DNA of 64,000 nt from a virus (IMGVR_UViG_3300032218_004357:1-64000); one strand, 5' to 3'. Counted from the first letter of the stretch, positions 36,005 to 46,895 are shown. Numbers and translations are program-made. Notes: generated by a model not told the origin, from the letters alone.

Positions 36005-39000
36005 ATGCCCATCTACACGGTTCCCACCAAGATTCAAGACAGGCAGAACAACTGGGTGTATCTGCCCGGGCATTTCCTGTATCAGCCGTACCCGCGCGGC
36101 CACGAGAAGCAGGGCCAGTACCCGGACATCGGCGACGCGCTCCTGTTCTGGCTCACCCGCCTCGAGGACACCACCGGCAAACTCACAATCACCGTGCCGG
36201 TCGGCGACAACGACCCCAACTGGGGACTCGTGCCGCGCTGCTGGAACAACTCCCCAACGGACCCGACGGTCATCCGGTTCCGCCGGTACATGGCGGACGG
36301 CGTGACCCCTGCGGTCTACTGCATCGAGTACGGCTTGCCGATTGGTCGAGCAGTGCGACTCAATGGCACCGAGTACCCGGAAACTCAGTTCGGCATGCCT
36401 GATTACGATGACGATTGGGTATTCGTGGTGCCGCACTACTGGAAGAACACTGTGTTCGACCTCAACGGTGCCCGGTTCGTTCAGTACGACACCGCAAACA
36501 CAACGATCACGTATCAGAACTTTTACGCCGATATGGTTGGCAACATTCGCGGGTCGTGGCGCAAGACTGACGCATGGGTCACGGACCTCCAGAAGTCGAC
36601 GCTCGACGGCGTTGCCGGTACCGACCCTCTTACTCCCGATTCGTCGTGGATCGGTCTCATTGTTGACCCGAAGTCGCCTACTGGTGCGACCGTCTATCCG
36701 GCGAACACGACCATCGTCGAGATCGATGCTGCGAACCGCCGGTTCCGCACGAGCAACACTCCGTACTCCTCATCGTTCCCCACAGGGGTCACGGAAGTCG
36801 TGAACGCTCAGTACAGCGTGCAGTTTCGTACGTTGCGGAACGTCGAGTTCTACAACCCTGTGGCACCAGACGGCACGACTCCCGCCGAGATGGACCCGTT
36901 CACCGACAAGACCGACCCCACGGTGCTCGTCAACCTCGACCAGTTTGCCGACTGCACGATCACCGCGTCAACGACCGGCACGTCGGTCAAGGCCAAGTAC
37001 GGCTACGACGGGAACTGGGTGTCCGATATTACGACGAATGTTGCAAAACCCGTTGCAAAGGTTGTCAACGAAAACTGGTTTCAAACGTCAGTTGCCGCGT
37101 CGAAGACCAGTGAAGGCGCTGCTCTGTACCCGAGCGGCACGACGATCGTCGACATCGACTTTGCGAACAACCGATTCAAGACGTCCAATCCGCCGAATAC
37201 GGATCCGGCAACCGGTGAACCGTACAAGGCCGTTGCTGGCGTGGTGTCGATTGCGGCGGGAGCGATCATCAGTGGCGGGAAGAAGGTATTGACTGGGACC
37301 GGCGCAATCGTCCTCGAGTACGACGGTGACGAGACGATCGGTGAGGCGAATCGGTACACGATGTACACGACGCAATCGCGCGCGGTGAACGCCAACTTCA
37401 CTCGATACCGCTACAAAGGTCAGATCAAGTTTACGACCACGAATCTCCGTAAGAAGAACGGGATGAACATGATCTCGTTCAACAGCCCGTTCAATCGTCC
37501 AAAACGGTTTCACGCCACATGGACCGCAGGATCAAACCTGTTGACTGCAGCGGAGGACATTTTTGAACCCACGGACGTGGGCTGGATGCTGGGCGACAGC
37601 ACGGCGGGTGCCACGAAGTGGCCGACGCGCGGCGTCGTCCTCGAGTACATCAACGCCCGCACCGTACGGTTGAGCATTTCGTCGTACACAGCGCAGAACA
37701 ACGCGACGCCGATGGCGATCTGGAAAATCCGTGGAGCGGTCACCGAGAACATCACGGTTCTGGGGCGCACGAACACCTCGATTCCGCGTGCGACCCTCGA
37801 GATGAGTAACTACTTGAACGCCGACGCCGTTCCCGCGGACAAAGAGCCGTGGCACTCCATGATGTTTCGGGCGTGTCAGAACATCAACGTCTCGGAAATC
37901 AACCACCGATACACGTGGGCTGATATCTACAACTTCGGAACTATCAACGTACAGGGAGTTGACTGGATTCAGAACGCCGAAGACGTCACCATCACTAACT
38001 GCACCGCTCAGGGTGCTGGTCGACACTTCATCACTGCGCAGGGCAACAATGGACTGACGATTCGTAACTGCAAGTTCTACGGATCCAAGCACTGGTCAAT
38101 CGACACGGAGTCTCTGAGCCCGCAAGCCCGCATGACGTTCATGGAGTTCGATAGGGTCACGTGGGGCGGCCAGACGCTCGGCTTCTACCAGATCAAAACG
38201 AGCCCGAACAACTACATCGAAATGCCGATCAAGGTGCGAGCATCCGGCGTCGCCGGAAGCACCACCCTCACCCTCTCTGACCCGCTCCACTCACGCTGGC
38301 TGACCGCAAAACTCCGTCACGACGCCCTCGACGATTACACCGTGATCCGTCAAATCGACAACCCATTGACGATCACGCTCAACAAACCGCTGTTGAGCAA
38401 CATCGTCAACGAGGACGTGCTCGTGTACGACCCGATGCTTTACGCATTCGTCGACATCCACGACTGCACGTTTGGCGGCATTCGCCCTCCGGCTATCGCC
38501 AGCCCGGATGACGTCTCCGGCACACAGGTCTGGGGCTGGTCGCGCCAGTACTTCCTCGCCGATACCGTTCAGGGCGACTATCGACTGCGGAACGTCCGCC
38601 TCTGCGACGCCAACGGCGTGACGCTGACCGACAACCAGCGTCTCGACGGGAAGAAGTGGCCCCTCTCCCGGAAGGACATCTGGGTGCGGACGCCGCTCAT
38701 CTATCCGAGTGGCTGGCTCGCAGCCAACCGCAATAGCGTCTACATCGACATCCTCGGCTCACGCACCACGGTTCCCACCACCGCCGGATCGAAGGTCGGC
38801 GACGCGTACATCGTGATGGGGCGCGTCTGGGTATGGAGCGGCACGGCGTGGACGGACTTTGGACCACAGATTCCGACCGGACGCCTGACCGTATCGTTGC
38901 AGCGAGGAACGCTGTATCCATCGCTGTACGAACAAGCCCCACGCGTCGTCGATACCAACGGCTCCAATCAACTATCCGTCAACATCGCTGCGCTGGAAAC

Positions 39001-40642
39001 TCGCACCAACGTACTGTTTTCTGCCTCCATCGCTCCCCTGTGGTGGTGGGGTTTTCGGTTTTCCAATAATCGCATTGCGGGTGACAATTCATGGGTTGGC
39101 GAACATTCCGGTTACACCGGACGGTCAACCATGATTGCCCTTCACTCTCGCTGGGATCTGGTAGAGATCACCAACAATGTTGCGAAAGCCGATCGCGACG
39201 GTAGCAATCAACAGATCCACTACATGGTCGGGCAGTGGCAAAACAACAAGTGGTGGACGTGGGGTGCCCCCAGCGCAACAACCACGAACACGACCTACCT
39301 GCGTTCGCTCGACGGCAACAACGAGACCTTCACTGGCCCGAGCGCAACCGAAGGCAACTATCAATCATGGAACATCAGTAACAACTACTGGATTGACGCT
39401 CTCGACAATCAGTTCACGCCATCCAACGTCGTGACCCCATCGGTCACATCGATCACGAGTCCGATCCGAGGACGCCGATACACGGTCAACGCACGTCTGA
39501 CCTCCACCTCCTCCGGCAACACGGCCGAGGTCGTCGATGAACCCATTGCTCTGTATATCGTCGATGACGAACTCGCTGGCGACGTCACGCTCGTTGGACG
39601 TCTCAACACCACGACCGCAATCAACGCCACGAACCCACGCTGGATCTCGGCCGGACCAATCAAAACCACCGCAGATGGCGTAACCGGCTCGTTCATCACC
39701 ACGAACTACTTCCGAACAGGACCGACAACCGCTTCGGTGTATGCGGTCTACCCGGGCAGCCTCACTGCGCAGTACGCACGGTCGTCGGCGTTGCCGGTCT
39801 CGCGATCCGTCGCGACTTCCGAGCACGTGACGGAAACGACCGTTCAGTTGTGGACGCCGTTCTCTGCCCCCGGACAGACGGTCGAGATCACGGTCTCGGT
39901 CGTCAACAAGACGCCAGTCACTGAGGTGGCGGGCGGTTCGAACAATCCGCCGCCGACGGGAACAGTTACGCTTTACGGGTTCGGAGGAACGGTCCTCGCG
40001 ACAGGCACCCTCGCGGCTGGAGCGTACGATTCCGCTACCGGCGTGTATGCACCGTCGACAGTGCTGCTGACGCGAGCGTTTGCTGCTGGCCTGTATCCGG
40101 TCTACGCAACGTACACGCCGAGCGGGTCGACGTTCTTGACGTCAACATCTGACGTCGTGTATCAATGGGCTACTAATACTCCATCGGAAACCACGACGGC
40201 AATTGTTGAAGCAGATGCATCACTTACTGCTGCAATAAATATAATAACCAGTACGTTGATTACTTCTTCTTTTCAAACAGTTTCTGTATATGGTGAGTTG
40301 AGCGGAATTGGCAACGCGTCAGCATTGTGTGTAGTCCAAATTGACAACAGTGCGTCATTTGCGGGCAACGGCGTTATGGTTGCATCAGTAGATGGACGTA
40401 TTGAAAACGCTGTAACGCTAACTGCAAGTGGAGATTTGAGCACAATTTTTGGCAGTCCGATTGCAGTAATCAATGAAGCAATTGTGTTGTCAGGCGTTTC
40501 TGATATAAACGCTTTGGAGATTCGCACTACCTTAGATGCTCCTCTTGCTCTTGCTGGTCAAGGATTGTTGACCTTGGCTGCACAAGCACTGCGGCCCAAC
40601 GCTGCTGGACCGTTCTCTGGATGGATCACGAATCCGGGGTAA
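36005..40642 (+). CDS. Large tail fibre/spike protein (1545 aa): beta-helix-like repeats, Ig-like domain, repeat tail
   Basis: DVTITNCTAQGAGRHFITAQGNNGLTIRNCKF (parallel beta-helix pattern); PTGTVTL...ATYTPSG (Ig-like); internal repeats. Confidence 0.7.
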   Translation: MPIYTVPTKIQDRQNNWVYLPGHFLYQPYPRGHEKQGQYPDIGDALLFWLTRLEDTTGKLTITVPVGDNDPNWGLVPRCWNNSPTDPTVIRFRRYMADGVTPAVYCIEYGLPIGRAVRLNGTEYPETQFGMPDYDDDWVFVVPHYWKNTVFDLNGARFVQYDTANTTITYQNFYADMVGNIRGSWRKTDAWVTDLQKSTLDGVAGTDPLTPDSSWIGLIVDPKSPTGATVYPANTTIVEIDAANRRFRTSNTPYSSSFPTGVTEVVNAQYSVQFRTLRNVEFYNPVAPDGTTPAEMDPFTDKTDPTVLVNLDQFADCTITASTTGTSVKAKYGYDGNWVSDITTNVAKPVAKVVNENWFQTSVAASKTSEGAALYPSGTTIVDIDFANNRFKTSNPPNTDPATGEPYKAVAGVVSIAAGAIISGGKKVLTGTGAIVLEYDGDETIGEANRYTMYTTQSRAVNANFTRYRYKGQIKFTTTNLRKKNGMNMISFNSPFNRPKRFHATWTAGSNLLTAAEDIFEPTDVGWMLGDSTAGATKWPTRGVVLEYINARTVRLSISSYTAQNNATPMAIWKIRGAVTENITVLGRTNTSIPRATLEMSNYLNADAVPADKEPWHSMMFRACQNINVSEINHRYTWADIYNFGTINVQGVDWIQNAEDVTITNCTAQGAGRHFITAQGNNGLTIRNCKFYGSKHWSIDTESLSPQARMTFMEFDRVTWGGQTLGFYQIKTSPNNYIEMPIKVRASGVAGSTTLTLSDPLHSRWLTAKLRHDALDDYTVIRQIDNPLTITLNKPLLSNIVNEDVLVYDPMLYAFVDIHDCTFGGIRPPAIASPDDVSGTQVWGWSRQYFLADTVQGDYRLRNVRLCDANGVTLTDNQRLDGKKWPLSRKDIWVRTPLIYPSGWLAANRNSVYIDILGSRTTVPTTAGSKVGDAYIVMGRVWVWSGTAWTDFGPQIPTGRLTVSLQRGTLYPSLYEQAPRVVDTNGSNQLSVNIAALETRTNVLFSASIAPLWWWGFRFSNNRIAGDNSWVGEHSGYTGRSTMIALHSRWDLVEITNNVAKADRDGSNQQIHYMVGQWQNNKWWTWGAPSATTTNTTYLRSLDGNNETFTGPSATEGNYQSWNISNNYWIDALDNQFTPSNVVTPSVTSITSPIRGRRYTVNARLTSTSSGNTAEVVDEPIALYIVDDELAGDVTLVGRLNTTTAINATNPRWISAGPIKTTADGVTGSFITTNYFRTGPTTASVYAVYPGSLTAQYARSSALPVSRSVATSEHVTETTVQLWTPFSAPGQTVEITVSVVNKTPVTEVAGGSNNPPPTGTVTLYGFGGTVLATGTLAAGAYDSATGVYAPSTVLLTRAFAAGLYPVYATYTPSGSTFLTSTSDVVYQWATNTPSETTTAIVEADASLTAAINIITSTLITSSFQTVSVYGELSGIGNASALCVVQIDNSASFAGNGVMVASVDGRIENAVTLTASGDLSTIFGSPIAVINEAIVLSGVSDINALEIRTTLDAPLALAGQGLLTLAAQALRPNAAGPFSGWITNPG

Positions 40643-40676
40643 TCTTGACGCGCTCGAAGTGTGGCAGAATCAGGTG

Positions 40677-41039
40677 ATGGACGTCCTGTCGTATCCGTTT
40701 CGATTCACCGCTACCGGTCGCGCAGCGACGGTGGTCCAGAACTCGGCCGACCACTACGCCCAGCAGATCGGTCAGTTTGTTCAAACTCGACTGGGTGAGT
40801 TGGCGATTGCCCCCGGATACGGCATCCCCGATCCGGTCTTCAACACGCTGCACCCGACCGACATTGCCGCCGGACTCGCCGTTTATCACCCATCGATTCG
40901 CATCAAAGACATTCGCAGCCGGTTTACCGCCGAAGGCGTGCAAGCAATTGATGTATCATTTGACGAGCAGTCTGCCGTTAGCGTGGGCAGCCCTACCGCA
41001 TTCCCCGCACTCGATGGGCTGGTGACCTTCGATGCCTAG
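40677..41039 (+). CDS. Baseplate wedge protein (gp25/gpW-like)
   Basis: SYPFRF...QTRLGELAIAPGYGIPDP; lies before the baseplate J gene. Confidence 0.8.
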   Translation: MDVLSYPFRFTATGRAATVVQNSADHYAQQIGQFVQTRLGELAIAPGYGIPDPVFNTLHPTDIAAGLAVYHPSIRIKDIRSRFTAEGVQAIDVSFDEQSAVSVGSPTAFPALDGLVTFDA

Positions 41040-42729
41040 TCCTGACGCATCTCAGTACATCGATCTCACGCTGTTCGATCTCAGTACGCAACAGATCTTC
41101 CTCGACGCCCTCCGCTACGCCCGAATCGCGCTCCCTGAGTTCCAGCCCGTCGAGGGTGCGATCGAGACCGTCCTCCTCGAAGCGATGGCGATCGAAGTTC
41201 AAGACCTCGTCACTGCGATCAACCGCTTGCCCGACGGCATGCTCCAAGCCCTCCTTGGGCTCATCGGTCTGCCGCGTCGCGACGCTATTCCGGCGACCGG
41301 TCTCGTCAAGATCACGAGCAGCCGGACCACCGAGAGCGACGTGCCTGTCGGCATCCGGTTCTACGCTCGTCTCTCGGGTGCCTCCGAACCGCAGGTCCTC
41401 GTCTCCACGAGTACCGCCACCCTCTCTCGCAGCCAGTCGATCAGCACGCTCGCTCGCACCTCGAACGTCGTCACGGTCACGACGAAGACGCACCACGGGC
41501 TCGTTACCGGGCAGGTCGTCGAGATCGCCGTCGACGAGAACCTCGCGAACGGCTCCGGATTCGTCGATGCCTCGACCACCGTAACCGTGGTCGACGAGAC
41601 GACGTTCACCTACGTGAACTCCGGTGCCAACGTGAGCGTCGACGCGTCGAGCAGCGCGACGTACGTCATCGTCGACGCGAGCATCGATCCGTACGCGTTC
41701 GTGCCAGTCTCCGCTGCCATTCCCGGCTACCTGTACCTCGCCTCCGGCACGTCGCTCAACCTGCTGTCGTCCGTGCCGCAGATCAGCACGTCCGTCCTCG
41801 CCACGGACGTTGACGGCGGCTACGACGCGGAAACCGACGCCGAGTTCTTTCAACGCACCTCGTCGGCGCTCAATCGGATGACGTCGGCGCTCGTCACCGC
41901 ACGGCAGATCACGGAGTACATCGCCAGCGAACCGGCGTTCGGGTACGCGTATCGCGTTCACACCGTCGACAACTGCGACGACAACCGGCTGACCCCGTCG
42001 CCCGGCTACGCGCTCACGCTCGTCGCTCGAATCGACGCGACGCCGTCGCTTCAAATCGATAGCGACCGGCTGCAAGAAATTCAAGACAACGTCTCGCTCT
42101 ACACGCCACCGACCGTCACGGTCGCCGTCCAGAACGCAGCGCTTTGCAAAGTGAGTGTGGACGCAACCGTGAAGGGTGTATCCGGATACTCGTCGGCGCA
42201 GGTCGAGTCGGCCGTCACGTCGGCGATCACCTCGTACCTGAATCCGAACACGTGGGACTGGTCGACGACGATTCGTGTCAACGAGGTCGAGTATGCGATT
42301 CGTAACGCCACGTACGAGGGAGTACCCGTCGTGGCGTACGTAGAATCGGTGGAGATCACTCCGGTCGATTCGAACTACGACGACATTACCCCGGCGACGG
42401 TGAACGCGTTCTCCGGCACGTGGGCGAGCGGCACCCTCACCGTCACGGTTCCGGCACCAGTCGAACTGCCCGAGTTCGACGAGACGTTCACGAGTTACGT
42501 TGCGATCAAAGAGACGAGCGGCGTGTACGCGATCTACGAAGTGGTCAGTGTCGACACAGGTGAGTTCACGGTGAGTGGCACGCACACCAACGGCAGCGTC
42601 AGTGGATTCTGGGCGCCGTTCGGGCAGGTCTACAACGACGGCGTCGGCGGCAAGAAGGACTTCGTCACGAACGATCCGGCCCCCCTCGTGCTCTGCGATG
42701 CGGCGAGCGTGTCGGTCACGGTGAACTAG
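41032..42729 (+). CDS. Baseplate J-like protein with an inserted beta domain
   Basis: LLGLIGLPRR...ATG, GGYDAETDAEFFQR and SAITSYLNP patterns. Confidence 0.85.
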   Translation: MPSPDASQYIDLTLFDLSTQQIFLDALRYARIALPEFQPVEGAIETVLLEAMAIEVQDLVTAINRLPDGMLQALLGLIGLPRRDAIPATGLVKITSSRTTESDVPVGIRFYARLSGASEPQVLVSTSTATLSRSQSISTLARTSNVVTVTTKTHHGLVTGQVVEIAVDENLANGSGFVDASTTVTVVDETTFTYVNSGANVSVDASSSATYVIVDASIDPYAFVPVSAAIPGYLYLASGTSLNLLSSVPQISTSVLATDVDGGYDAETDAEFFQRTSSALNRMTSALVTARQITEYIASEPAFGYAYRVHTVDNCDDNRLTPSPGYALTLVARIDATPSLQIDSDRLQEIQDNVSLYTPPTVTVAVQNAALCKVSVDATVKGVSGYSSAQVESAVTSAITSYLNPNTWDWSTTIRVNEVEYAIRNATYEGVPVVAYVESVEITPVDSNYDDITPATVNAFSGTWASGTLTVTVPAPVELPEFDETFTSYVAIKETSGVYAIYEVVSVDTGEFTVSGTHTNGSVSGFWAPFGQVYNDGVGGKKDFVTNDPAPLVLCDAASVSVTVN

Positions 42730-42737
42730 GAGACAGT

Positions 42738-43427
42738 ATGGTGACGATCAACGATGGACTCGCGTGGGGCAAGACGCAGGTCGGCAAGCCGTACTGCACG
42801 GACTGGAACACTCGGTTCGGGCCCAACTGCTACGACTGCTCTGGGCTCGTGTCGCAGGTGCTCTGGCACTCCGGCATGCCCACGACGGCGTTGCCCACCA
42901 ACTCGGCGGACATCACGCGCTGGCTCCTCGCTCACCCCTCGTACCGTATCGACAAGCAACGCGCTCGCGATACGCCCGGTGCGGTCCTCTTGCTTGGAGG
43001 GCCGAATGGCTACGGCCCGCAGGGTCATATCGGTCTGTCGCTGGGGGGCGGCAAGACCCTCGAGAGCCGTGGTTCGAAGCACGGAGTCGGTATCTACAAC
43101 CTGTCCGACATCGCGTGGGACGACTTCATGCTTGCTCCCAGCGTCGTCTACGGCGGAGCGCCGACTCCGCCCGCACCCAGCCCGCAGTACCCGATCACTC
43201 CACAGGAGACAGAGATGAAGTTGATGCGCGGGGACAAGACCCCTCACGTCTGGATCGTCAACGGTCCGTGGAAGACCCACGTGACCTCCGAGGCCTACCC
43301 CGGCTGGCTGTTCATCTGCAACAGCGTGCCCGGCGCCGTCGACCCGACGACGAAGAAAGAGTGGGTCGTGCCGCAGGTGATGATCGACATCATCACCGAC
43401 ACTGCGTCTATCGCCACGAAGGGCTGA
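42738..43427 (+). CDS. Endolysin, NlpC/P60-type peptidase with C-terminal domain
   Basis: GKPY...YDCSGLV and GHIG catalytic motifs; Pro-rich linker. Confidence 0.8.
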   Translation: MVTINDGLAWGKTQVGKPYCTDWNTRFGPNCYDCSGLVSQVLWHSGMPTTALPTNSADITRWLLAHPSYRIDKQRARDTPGAVLLLGGPNGYGPQGHIGLSLGGGKTLESRGSKHGVGIYNLSDIAWDDFMLAPSVVYGGAPTPPAPSPQYPITPQETEMKLMRGDKTPHVWIVNGPWKTHVTSEAYPGWLFICNSVPGAVDPTTKKEWVVPQVMIDIITDTASIATKG

Positions 43428-43452
43428 TCGCGCTCACGCGCGCTTGCACGCC

Positions 43453-45279
43453 ATGACGACGGTAGGGAGTACGCCGGGTACGGGTCGGACGCCGACTCCT
43501 CCCGTCGCGCTCACCACCAACCTGCCGCCGCCTGCGATCCTGCCGATCCGATACAACATCGAGAACCGTCTCTCGACGGAGCAGCAGTCAATCACCGGTC
43601 CAGTCGTGTCGACTGCGTCTGTCTCAGGCTGGATCGTCGGGGAGAACTGCAACCTCGAGCGCTCGACGGTCTACTCGAAGTACACGCCCGCCAGTCTTGA
43701 GGTGACGGTCACTGATGCGGGCACGGCGTGGCTGTACTCCGACGATTACGTCGACCCGATCACGCCCGGCGCGACGTACCGTGCTTTTGCGTGGGTTCGT
43801 ACGAACGCGCTACGTCGTGCGGTGCGCATTGGCATCGAGTGGTTCACTCGCAACAACACGTCCCAGTGGGACGCGACGACGCAGTCAACCGTCACCACCG
43901 TCGGGTCGGCGGACGGTTGGAAACTCGTGTCGTTCGTTGGTGCCGCACCGGACACAGCATCGTTCAGTACGGCGAAGGCACGCGTGCGCATTCTTCTGCC
44001 AGATGCTGGAGACATTTCCGATCCGCCGGAAACGCATCAACAGATCTGGGTTGACGATGTGGTGTTCGTGGAGCGGTCGCGCTACCTAAGCCCGTTCACC
44101 CGCATGACGTACCGGTGGTTGCCGGAATACATGCGCCTCATGGATGCTGAGCAGGACAATCCCGATCGGCCCATCGGCCGATTCCTCGACCTCATGGGGG
44201 TCACGGCGAGTCGCATCCTCTCGGCGATGGTCGCGTTCGACTACGTGCCGATGGGTGAGGATCCCCCGGGTTTCGCTCGTTCGACGCTCGTCGATCCGCA
44301 CTTCTATCCGCGTGTAGACATCGCTGAGGAGCGATGGCTGCGGTGGCTGGCGTTCATCACCGGCACGACGGTTCTCGGCTCGGCGTCGCTGGTGAGTGGG
44401 CTCCGGACTCCGTGGTACGCGATCGAGGACCTGTCGCCGCCGACGACGACGTGGAACGACATCGAGGCGTTCGGGTCGGCACCGCCGACGTGGGATGAAC
44501 TCGAGGACTACCTGCCGACGCCGCAGAACTCGGTCGTGCCCCTGCAGGAGGCAATCCGATTGCGCGGCACCGGCACGCTCGCGGGGACGATGACGGGCAT
44601 CAAGCGTGCGGCGCGTCTCGTGCTCACGAGTGATGATGCGATGGATCTCCCGGCGGTCGTCACCCGCCTCGACAACGTGGTGACGGCGACGTTTGAGGAC
44701 ACGACCGCCCTGCAGGCTGGGGATGTCATCGACGTCTACGACTCCGGCGTCCTCGATCTCGATGGTGAGACGACGGTGGTGAGCGTCGCGAACGATGGTC
44801 GTACGATCACGTTTGCCAGCACGGGTGCGAATCTGCCGCTGGCGCGTCGAGCGTGGATCACGAACAAGTACGTGGCCGTTATCCCTCGACAGTGGACGTT
44901 CCGAGCGACGATCGTCGGATCGAACTCGCCGACGCCGCACCTGCGGGTGAGCCCGAGTGACAGCACGATGCCGGTCTACGAGCCGTGGACAGATGGGGCG
45001 ACCGTCACGATTTCGGCGAGCACGAACTTCGCCGGGTCGTACGTGCTCGGCGACGATGCGACGGCGACCCTCGATGGCGCGGACATGCTGCTCGACTTTG
45101 CCTCGTCAGTTGCTGCAGCCACGGACCTGCAGGCATTGGTTGTCGTTAGCCCAGCCAAACCGGTGTACGTTACAATTGAAACCCTCGAATCGCAGACGCC
45201 CGACCCTGATCTGGTTCTCGGTGCCATCCGGTACTCGCGACCCGTCGGCTGCTGGGTGACCCACCGCTACGCAACCTGA
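43453..45279 (+). CDS. Baseplate wedge/tail protein (gpI-like) with a carbohydrate-binding-module-like N-terminal region
   Basis: WLPEYMR...D...RFL, WLRWLAFITG and GTLAGT...IKRAA; IWVDDVVF ends a CBM-like sandwich. Confidence 0.6.
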   Translation: MTTVGSTPGTGRTPTPPVALTTNLPPPAILPIRYNIENRLSTEQQSITGPVVSTASVSGWIVGENCNLERSTVYSKYTPASLEVTVTDAGTAWLYSDDYVDPITPGATYRAFAWVRTNALRRAVRIGIEWFTRNNTSQWDATTQSTVTTVGSADGWKLVSFVGAAPDTASFSTAKARVRILLPDAGDISDPPETHQQIWVDDVVFVERSRYLSPFTRMTYRWLPEYMRLMDAEQDNPDRPIGRFLDLMGVTASRILSAMVAFDYVPMGEDPPGFARSTLVDPHFYPRVDIAEERWLRWLAFITGTTVLGSASLVSGLRTPWYAIEDLSPPTTTWNDIEAFGSAPPTWDELEDYLPTPQNSVVPLQEAIRLRGTGTLAGTMTGIKRAARLVLTSDDAMDLPAVVTRLDNVVTATFEDTTALQAGDVIDVYDSGVLDLDGETTVVSVANDGRTITFASTGANLPLARRAWITNKYVAVIPRQWTFRATIVGSNSPTPHLRVSPSDSTMPVYEPWTDGATVTISASTNFAGSYVLGDDATATLDGADMLLDFASSVAAATDLQALVVVSPAKPVYVTIETLESQTPDPDLVLGAIRYSRPVGCWVTHRYAT

Positions 45280-45296
45280 CCCGAGAAGGACTTCTC

Positions 45297-46544
45297 ATGG
45301 CGACCGAAACCTCGCGCTTCCACTTCCCCATCTGGAATGGTACCGACCCGTTCCAGCGCGCCGACTTCAACGACATTCACCAGCAGATCGAGGATCTCGC
45401 TGCGATGGTGTACGTCGAGAACCAGTCGCCCGATGCGGCAAACGCCGCGGCGACCGCCGACGAGTACATGGGGGCGTTCTGGTACGACCAGTCCGCCAAC
45501 CGTCTCTACTTCTCCGACGGCGTGGCGTGGCGAGCGACGATCGTCTACAATAGCACGAACGGCAACATCGTGCCCGTGGCGATCAGCGACACGTCGTTGG
45601 CCGGGTCCTCAGAGATCTCAGCGCGCGCCGATCACCGGCATGCGGGGCCGGGGTTCGGCACGCCCGTCTCGGTCGGTACGGCCAACGCCGACGGGTCGGC
45701 GACGACGGTCGCGAAATCTGACCACGTTCACGCTCTCGGCTCGAACGCCGTCACGACGGCCTCGATCGCAGCGAACTCGGTGACGGCAGCGAAACTCAAC
45801 AACGACGTCGCTGGATCCGGGATTGGACGCGACGTTGATGGCTCACTCAAGGTCAACGTGGGTTCTGGCAGTCTCCACCAGAGCCTCGACTACACGGGTG
45901 ACACCGTCATCGTGAAAGAGGAGGGTCTCACCCAGCGGCACGGTGCGACGAGCGTCGGCACCGCCAAGCACCGGTTCATTCGAACCGGCAGCCAGCCGAC
46001 GACCTCGAGCCTCGCTGACATCACGACCGGGGACATCTGGGTAGACGCCCAGACGAACCTCACGACTCGTACGGGGGGCGACGAGTGGCTGCGACCGCGC
46101 AACCTGCCGTGGGGCATCGTTGCGAAGACCGAGATCTTGACGACCGGTACCCAGACGATCGCCGGAGGTGACCCGGCCAGCCCGACGGCGGTAACCATCG
46201 CAAGCACGGCGCTCAGCGTCACGGCCACGCTCCGCACGGATCGGCTTTACCGCATCCGTGGGTTCATCCCGTCGGTGGCGCACGACGTCTCGTCGCTGCG
46301 AACCATCATCATGTACCTGCGGGGGAACGGCGCGACGTACCAGCGGTCGTTGCTGCGGTTCGAGCAGTCGGGCCTCGGGCAGTCGATGGGGGTCGAGCGG
46401 ATCATCGCCGGGCTGAACACGGGCAGCCAGACGTGGTCGGTGGCGTTGTCGTTCGATGCGACGCAGTTCGGCAACATCACGGCGAGCGTGTACTCGCTCC
46501 TCGACGCAGCGACGATCACGATCGAGGACGTCGGCCCGGCGTAG
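45297..46544 (+). CDS. Tail fibre protein
   Basis: Fibre-type ARADHRH and AKSDHVH repeats; SD AGAAGGA. Confidence 0.65.
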   Translation: MATETSRFHFPIWNGTDPFQRADFNDIHQQIEDLAAMVYVENQSPDAANAAATADEYMGAFWYDQSANRLYFSDGVAWRATIVYNSTNGNIVPVAISDTSLAGSSEISARADHRHAGPGFGTPVSVGTANADGSATTVAKSDHVHALGSNAVTTASIAANSVTAAKLNNDVAGSGIGRDVDGSLKVNVGSGSLHQSLDYTGDTVIVKEEGLTQRHGATSVGTAKHRFIRTGSQPTTSSLADITTGDIWVDAQTNLTTRTGGDEWLRPRNLPWGIVAKTEILTTGTQTIAGGDPASPTAVTIASTALSVTATLRTDRLYRIRGFIPSVAHDVSSLRTIIMYLRGNGATYQRSLLRFEQSGLGQSMGVERIIAGLNTGSQTWSVALSFDATQFGNITASVYSLLDAATITIEDVGPA

Positions 46545-46634
46545 CCCTTCGTCTAGGGGTTATCATCATTTTGACCCGGTATCCTCTTGGGGAGTCCTAA
46601 CGCCGTTAGGACCGTACCGGGGAGCGGGTTTTCC

Positions 46635-46895
46635 GTGGCCGAGCACGACGACGCCATCGAGCGGCTCCTCAAGGAGTCCATGCCGGACTCCATCATCACC
46701 AACTACATCGCAATCGTCGAAGTGCTCGACGACGAGGGTCGCAAGTTGCGGCTCTCGATGTCGGAGGGAATGACGCCGTGGCTTGCGCTCGGGATGTTCC
46801 AAGGCGGCAGCCGGATCATCGAGGCATTCGACGACGCCGAGGAACTCCTCGGGTACTGCGACGGCGATGACGACGACGAGGAGTACGACGAATGA
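46635..46895 (+). CDS. Hypothetical protein with acidic tail
   Basis: GTG start after GGGAG; stop overlaps the holin ATG. Confidence 0.6.
   Translation: MAEHDDAIERLLKESMPDSIITNYIAIVEVLDDEGRKLRLSMSEGMTPWLALGMFQGGSRIIEAFDDAEELLGYCDGDDDDEEYDE

Noticed and set aside
40180-40620. AT-rich fibre end as a diversity-generating retroelement target
   Set aside because: No reverse transcriptase and no template/variable repeat pair in the window.
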